3,634 bases of DNA from a phage. Location: the sequence record PZ049718.1. The stretch is one strand, 5' to 3'. Shown in pieces: positions 1 through 3,634 of the stretch (the stretch's first letter is position 1; the number at the start of each line of letters is the position of its first letter). The notes beneath the pieces were generated by a model, which was not told where the DNA came from, made no database searches, and worked only from the letters and a program-made list of their open reading frames with translations. The position numbers were made by a program, and so were the translations under genes.

Positions 1-1015
1 CCGCAGTGGCGGGAATGCGCCCGAGGCGTACCGTTCCCCTGCCCTCTCGCGCATTAATTTGATCGACCACGGCCATCAGTCGATCGGCACCTAGGCGCGG
101 GGCGGCGGCGAACAGGTCACCAGTGAATTCGCCTCGCTGCCGCAGATCCATCAGCAGCACCTCGGCTTTGCTGTAGGCGTAGCCATGCCGGTAGATCGCT
201 TCAAGCCCGCGCACGGCTGCAGCGGCGAGCACGCGAGTGTCGTCGGTCGGGTACGGCAGAGGGCAGCTGATGGCGTTCGCGTATCGCGGCTGGTTGGGGT
301 TGTGCATGCCGGTACGGATGGCAACCTGCAGCGCGCCGGCCAGACTTTGCTGGGAGCGCAGCTTCTCGGCGGCCTTGGTAACGTAGGCCACGACCGCCTC
401 GCGGATCGGTGCGATGTCGCGCAGGCGGCTGCCAAACATTTTCGAGGAGCAGATCATCTGCCGGGGCGGTACCGCCTCCTCCAGCTCAAGGCAGGAGATT
501 CCATGCAGCTCGCGGGCGGTTTTCTCCAGCACCACGCTGAATTGCTTTCGCAGCGATGCGGAATCGTACTGCGCTAGGTCCCAGGCGGTCTGGATGCCCA
601 GCGGGCGCAGGCGGGTAGTCAGGCGCCGGCCGACGCCCCACACTTCGCTCACCTCGGTCATCTTCAGCAGCCGGTCGCGTCGCTCCGGGTCGCTTAGGTC
701 GATCACACCGCCGGATTTGCGCCAGGTCTTGGCTGCCCAGTTGGCGAGCTTAGCCAAGGTCTTCGTTGGCCCGATGCCCACGCCAACCGGTATGCCGGTC
801 CACCGCAGCACACGCTCACGCGTCTCATACCCTAGCGGCACCAGGTCGCCGGTTATCCCCGTCAGGTCGGCAAACGCCTCGTCGATGCTGTACACCTCGA
901 TTCGCAGGGAACATTCCCTCGATGACGTCGTCATCACCCTGGCGCTCATGTGTCCGTTTATGTGTAATAGAAAGTCAATAAGAACCGGGCCATGCTCGCC
1001 CTTGGAGCTTCTCAT
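1..1015 (-). CDS. umuC: Y-family translesion DNA polymerase, UmuC/RulB family (Pol V catalytic subunit), 5'-truncated remnant. Recognisable homology covers about 2-955; the N-terminal ~85 aa are replaced by unrelated sequence; the 3' end continues past position 1. Probably a disrupted, non-functional gene.
   Basis: Minus-strand translation reads ...HMSARVMTTSSRECSLRIEVYSIDEAFADLTGITGDLVPLGYETRERVLRWTGIPVGVGIGPTKTLAKLANWAAKTWRKSGGVIDLSDPERRDRLLKMTEVSEVWGVGRRLTTRLRPLGIQTAWDLAQYDSASLRKQFSVVLEKTARELHGISCLELEEAVPPRQMICSSKMFGSRLRDIAPIREAVVAYVTKAAEKLRSQQSLAGALQVAIRTGMHNPNQPRYANAISCPLPYPTDDTRVLAAAAVRGLEAIYRHGYAYSKAEVLLMDLRQRGEFTGDLFAAAPRLGADRLMAVVDQINAREGRGTVRLGRIPATA and continues off the edge. It matches E. 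coli UmuC motifs recalled from memory: YSIDEAF (active-site Asp-Glu), the GIxxTKTLAKLAN helix-hairpin-helix, VWGIGRR, and the C-terminal LNAKEGRGT. It is absent from the ORF track because its stop lies beyond the left edge. The same frame has an in-frame stop at 1070-1072 and a first in-frame ATG at 1013-1015, but UmuC similarity begins only near 955. The symbol is used in the family sense; rulB, mucB or impB cannot be told apart from sequence alone. Confidence 0.85.
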   Translation of the reverse strand, partial: MRSSKGEHGPVLIDFLLHINGHMSARVMTTSSRECSLRIEVYSIDEAFADLTGITGDLVPLGYETRERVLRWTGIPVGVGIGPTKTLAKLANWAAKTWRKSGGVIDLSDPERRDRLLKMTEVSEVWGVGRRLTTRLRPLGIQTAWDLAQYDSASLRKQFSVVLEKTARELHGISCLELEEAVPPRQMICSSKMFGSRLRDIAPIREAVVAYVTKAAEKLRSQQSLAGALQVAIRTGMHNPNQPRYANAISCPLPYPTDDTRVLAAAAVRGLEAIYRHGYAYSKAEVLLMDLRQRGEFTGDLFAAAPRLGADRLMAVVDQINAREGRGTVRLGRIPATA

Positions 1016-1464
1016 ACCCAACCGGTATGGCTGTAGCTTCTGAGGAGATCGCCGTCGCTCACCGGATCATCCGGTCATCCTGTTAGTAACCGGTCAAAGC
1101 TGATCTGTTACATCGAAGGCGGACACCTGTCCATCGACAACACCCCTGCCGAGCGGTGAACCGCCCTCCCATGTACATATGACCAAAACGTCGCCGTTAT
1201 CCTACCGTTCTGTCATGCCTACCCACGACGGAGTATTGACGGTCTCCGTCCTATAACATAGCTTTTCCGAAAGGCGCTCAAGTACATATCGTCATGTGCA
1301 TACGAGCCTCGTGTCGTTAAAAGAAATGGTTGGTGCCGCATGAAAGTGCTCTTCATGATGCCGTTCGGCGTGTCGAGCTTCTCCGCCCCCATCAAGATCA
1401 AGGCTTCGTCTTGGTGTTAGTGCCAGATGCACGTCACCTTGCGGTGCAGGAATGGAGTGTGAAC

Positions 1465-1827
1465 ATGAAAGCAGAAACGGAATCGCGGATTTTTTCGGTG
1501 GACGAATATGTCCGTCCGTCTAACGGCGAACCGATCCGTTCAGTTGTTCTGGAGACCAACGATTCTGTCGTTGTAGTTTGGCACGCCTACCCTAGGCAGG
1601 AAATAGCTGCCCATGTCCATCCTCACGGCCAAGATACTTGGACGGTTATCTCAGGTGAGGCCAAGTATTATCAAGGCAACGGCGTAGAAATTCATCTTAA
1701 AGCTGGAGATATTGCCATTGCAAAACCTGGGCAAGTACATGGTGCCGTGAACTCTGGTCCAGGACCTTTCATATTTGTCTCCGTGGTTGCGCCGGGCAGT
1801 GCAGGTTTTGCGTTATCTGAGAAATAG
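1465..1827 (+). CDS. Cupin-domain protein (cupin_2-type small beta-barrel, probable metal-binding), 120 aa
   Basis: This is the in-frame inner start of track ORF 1330..1827. The ATG at 1465 is preceded by GGAG at 1454-1457 (7 nt spacing); the longer upstream extension has no ribosome-binding site. Translation MKAETESRIF...AAHVHPHGQDTWTVISGEAKYY...KAGDIAIAKPGQVHGAVNSG carries both classical cupin motifs: HxH(x)3-4[E/Q/D](x)6G as H50-V-H52...G64, and G(x)5-6PG(x)2H(x)3N as G81...P88-G89-QV-H92-GAV-N96. Confidence 0.8.
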   Translation: MKAETESRIFSVDEYVRPSNGEPIRSVVLETNDSVVVVWHAYPRQEIAAHVHPHGQDTWTVISGEAKYYQGNGVEIHLKAGDIAIAKPGQVHGAVNSGPGPFIFVSVVAPGSAGFALSEK

Positions 1828-1850
1828 GCGAAAGGCCTGAGAGGAACCTG

Positions 1851-2414
1851 ATGAATACACGAGTATTTACGTTCGCTGGTGGAGAAACGGGGGTTTGGCG
1901 CGTTGTTGCGATGAATGCCGTGGCAGGAGCCCCTCTCCCTGGAATCCCACGGCTCAACGTAGCCGCTGGCTCTGTTTCGCCGCAGCCTCCGGGCACCAAA
2001 TGGCTCCTTCGCGGGATAACGAGTAACGAGCGCTATGTCGTGCGTGAAGAGAAGGATCGTCTCGTGGCGAAGCAGCCAAGCTTGGGTCGAGCAGAGGCTA
2101 CCTGCGCCGCCCTGATCCCTATCCGGAAAAACCCCTCATGGTGGGGACTGTCTCAAGACGAACGCCGGAAGATTTTTGAGGAACAGTCCCGTCACATTCA
2201 CATCGGGCTCCAATATCTCCCTGCTGTGGCCCGCCGCCTCCACCATTGTCGGGACCTGGGCGAGAACGAACCCTTCGACTTCTTGACTTGGTTCGAATAT
2301 TCCCCGTCTGATGAGACGGCCTTTAACAGGCTTCTGGCCGAACTCCGAGCCTCGGTGGAGTGGCAGTATGTCGACAGAGAAATCGACATCCGGCTAGTGC
2401 ATGAGCCGGCCTAG
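1851..2414 (+). CDS. cld: Chlorite dismutase family protein, short clade-2 (Nitrobacter/Klebsiella-type) Cld-like haem enzyme, 187 aa; probable chlorite O2-lyase
   Basis: Track ORF 1851..2414. The ATG is preceded by AGAGGA at 1841-1846 and lies 23 bp after the cupin stop, so the two genes are probably co-transcribed. Translation contains hallmarks recalled for the Cld family: LIPIRK followed by the adjacent Trp pair W97-W98, then SRHIHIGLQYLPAVARRL with a candidate proximal His115 (2193-2195) and distal Arg128 (2232-2234) 13 residues apart, the same spacing as the His/Arg pairs in characterised Clds, followed by FDFLTWFEY. Length and lack of a signal peptide fit the short cytoplasmic clade-2 enzymes. 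The family call rests on memory of motifs, not a search. Confidence 0.75.
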   Translation: MNTRVFTFAGGETGVWRVVAMNAVAGAPLPGIPRLNVAAGSVSPQPPGTKWLLRGITSNERYVVREEKDRLVAKQPSLGRAEATCAALIPIRKNPSWWGLSQDERRKIFEEQSRHIHIGLQYLPAVARRLHHCRDLGENEPFDFLTWFEYSPSDETAFNRLLAELRASVEWQYVDREIDIRLVHEPA

Positions 2415-2558
2415 CATCAGGTTTAACTTCGATCTACGTGCGGCACACTCCTGCGACACCCGCAGCCCAGCAAAACCCCGAAAAATCTAGTGTGTCGCAT
2501 AACTTAGGAGTAACGCGACAGGTATGTCTAGCGAGCCACTAGTCGCTTAAGAACTTTT

Positions 2559-3634
2559 CTACTTATAGCCTCCTCTTTCTCTCATCGATCTCCTCGGCAT
2601 CCTGCCGTCTAGAGCCGGCACATTGTCCAGCTTTCGAATGAGGCTCTCCAGCTTTTCCAAGTCGCCCTCGGCAATGGCTCGCTCGTCGGGAGTTAAAGGC
2701 ACGGCCTCCAAGTACCGTCCGATAGACGATTTGCTTTCCAATGCTTGGGCCCTTGCGCTGGCTTTCGGCAAGTTGAAGTCACACCCCGCACAGGCCATGC
2801 GATGTGGGCAGCTGCTCCAGAAGGGATTTGAACAATACGAGTCGCCCAAGTCATAGAAGGTGTAGGGGGCATCTGAATGGCGAACAATTACGTCATGATC
2901 GATCAAAACGGAGACCATATGGGCCATTTGATCGGCTTTAACGAAGGATGCTGCCAGCTTGGTAGGCCGAATTCGAATGTAATGCAAAGTCGAATTCGGC
3001 GAGCTATGTCCCGACCACTGCATTAGCTCGATCAGCGACATGCCCTGAGGGACGCTGGCGAGCGCCGTCACTGCGGAGGCACGTCCCCGGTGGCTGGTGA
3101 TTCGCCCGCGACTGTCCTCCAGTGGCACACCCGCCTTGGCGCATAGCATTGGAATGATGGTGCCATTAATGACACTGGAGCCTATGCGCTTGCCTCGAAA
3201 CTGAAATAGGTAGCTAACTTTTTCCCCGGTTCGCTCATCCAGCAAAGCGGCCTGGTTAGCAGGCCTGTCCTCCAGCCAGGCGTCAATGCGCTCCTTCACG
3301 ACCACCGCTACAGGTTTGACGAAAGCTTTGAACGTCTTGCTGGCAGGAATATCGAGATAGCATAAAGTTTTTGCTGGAACGATGGTCCCATCCTCGTGTA
3401 CCACATCATTGGTCTGAGGATGCGCGCATCTTTTATCCAAGCGCATGATTTCATTGCTGCGCAAACCAGCGTGCGTCCACACTACAGCAATGGCTTGAAC
3501 CATCGACAGCGGATAGTGAATCTCCGAAAGCAGATCACTACGCTCAAGATTTAGACTCGCCCAAATCAGCTTGAGCCAGGTCGAGTCATCAATTACCCGC
3601 GGGTTGATACCCGAGTTGAATGTCACGGATCGCG
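2559..3634 (-). CDS. Tyrosine-type site-specific recombinase/integrase, partial (N-terminal core-binding domain lies beyond the right edge), with a ~139 aa extension after the catalytic Tyr
   Basis: Track ORF 2559..3626. The listed start is a GTG and the frame stays open to the window edge, so the gene is 5'-partial. The catalytic signature is complete: Arg-I in VWTHAGLRSNEIMRLD (R56), HxxR in SHRGRAS (H179, R182), the second His/Trp in QWSGHSS (H207) and the nucleophilic Tyr in TLHYIRI (Y216, plus-strand 2979-2981). Only ~50 aa precede Arg-I within the window, consistent with a missing N-terminal domain. Stop codon TAG at 2559-2561. Confidence 0.9.
   Translation of the reverse strand, partial: RSVTFNSGINPRVIDDSTWLKLIWASLNLERSDLLSEIHYPLSMVQAIAVVWTHAGLRSNEIMRLDKRCAHPQTNDVVHEDGTIVPAKTLCYLDIPASKTFKAFVKPVAVVVKERIDAWLEDRPANQAALLDERTGEKVSYLFQFRGKRIGSSVINGTIIPMLCAKAGVPLEDSRGRITSHRGRASAVTALASVPQGMSLIELMQWSGHSSPNSTLHYIRIRPTKLAASFVKADQMAHMVSVLIDHDVIVRHSDAPYTFYDLGDSYCSNPFWSSCPHRMACAGCDFNLPKASARAQALESKSSIGRYLEAVPLTPDERAIAEGDLEKLESLIRKLDNVPALDGRMPRRSMRERGGYK

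Larger units (their letters stand above)
956..3634. mobile_element. Partial integrase-associated insertion (integron-like element or small genomic island) interrupting umuC/rulB. Left junction near 950-960; right boundary beyond the window.
   Basis: UmuC homology ends abruptly at about 955. GC content drops from roughly mid-60s percent in the umuC part to roughly 50-55 percent thereafter (by eye). Contents are cargo genes unrelated to DNA repair plus a tyrosine recombinase gene. The umuD/rulA partner that normally sits immediately 5' of umuC is absent where expected. Confidence 0.55.

Noticed and set aside
151-435. Minus-strand track ORF 151..435 (94 aa)
   Set aside because: It is on the same strand as umuC but in a different frame, entirely overlapping the umuC frame that carries the conserved motifs. 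It is a high-GC out-of-frame artefact.
783-1029. Exact 12-bp direct repeat CCAACCGGTATG at 783-794 (inside umuC) and 1018-1029 (inside the element), with CTCATACCC also shared at 825-833 and 1011-1019; considered as a possible attachment core or target-site duplication
   Set aside because: Neither copy sits at the homology breakpoint (~950-960), and one exact 12-mer pair is roughly what chance predicts in 3.6 kb (expectation about 0.4 pairs). It is kept only as a note in case junction mapping in the full locus says otherwise.
185-1043. Plus-strand track ORFs 185..577, 414..1043 and 766..981 (71-209 aa)
   Set aside because: They lie antisense to, and fully inside, the well-supported minus-strand umuC reading frame. 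Their translations are Arg/Ala/Pro-rich, low-complexity strings typical of spurious antisense ORFs in high-GC DNA, with no ribosome-binding site and no recognisable domain.
1236-1257. TTGACG (1236-1241) and TATAAC (1252-1257) as a sigma-70 promoter for the cupin-cld operon
   Set aside because: The spacing between the hexamers is only 10 bp, far from the ~17 bp needed. No other convincing -35/-10 pair was found by eye upstream of 1465, so the promoter is left uncalled.
1219-1401. Minus-strand 60 aa ORF in the leader (possible excisionase or small regulator)
   Set aside because: It has no Shine-Dalgarno and no helix-turn-helix-like sequence, and it overlaps the palindromic leader. It is more likely a chance ORF, though it would be worth a profile search if the element is studied.
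1330-1464. Upstream extension of the cupin ORF (track start at 1330)
   Set aside because: The extension (MVPHESALHDAVRRVELLRPHQ...) has no ribosome-binding site and no cupin-like content. The inner ATG at 1465 has a GGAG 7 nt upstream and yields a typical ~120 aa cupin.
1769-2389. Minus-strand track ORFs 1769..1999 and 2198..2389
   Set aside because: They are antisense within or overlapping the cupin and cld coding regions, with no independent support.
2524-2550. Eight-codon mini-ORF (MSSEPLVA) preceded by AGGAG at 2506-2510
   Set aside because: It is too short to call and lies within the hairpin region between convergent genes; it is most likely coincidental.
2623-2887. Track ORFs 2623..2856 (+) and 2693..2887 (-) inside the recombinase gene
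   Set aside because: They are embedded in the recombinase CDS, antisense or out of frame, while the recombinase frame carries the complete R-H-R-H-Y catalytic signature.
1-3634. Scan for CRISPR arrays, tRNA or rRNA genes and long tandem repeats
   Set aside because: No regularly spaced direct repeats, no tRNA-like cloverleaf candidates and no rRNA-like conserved stretches were recognised. Every region longer than ~150 bp outside the leader is accounted for by the four protein-coding genes.

Overview
The window appears to capture one end of an integrase-bearing integrative element inserted into a umuC/rulB-type translesion polymerase gene. The GC-rich left quarter (about 1-955) encodes, on the minus strand, a UmuC/RulB-family Y-family DNA polymerase that runs off the left edge and has lost its N-terminal ~85 codons at an abrupt break near 950-960. 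The rest of the window is visibly less GC-rich and reads as foreign DNA: a ~500 bp non-coding leader, a plus-strand two-gene operon (a small metal-binding cupin, then a short clade-2 chlorite-dismutase-like haem protein with the His/Arg pair at the expected spacing), and a convergent tyrosine recombinase gene that runs off the right edge and has a long Cys-containing tail after the catalytic Tyr. No rRNA, tRNA or CRISPR array is evident. All calls rest on manual translation and remembered family motifs; no database search was run, and GC values are by-eye estimates.
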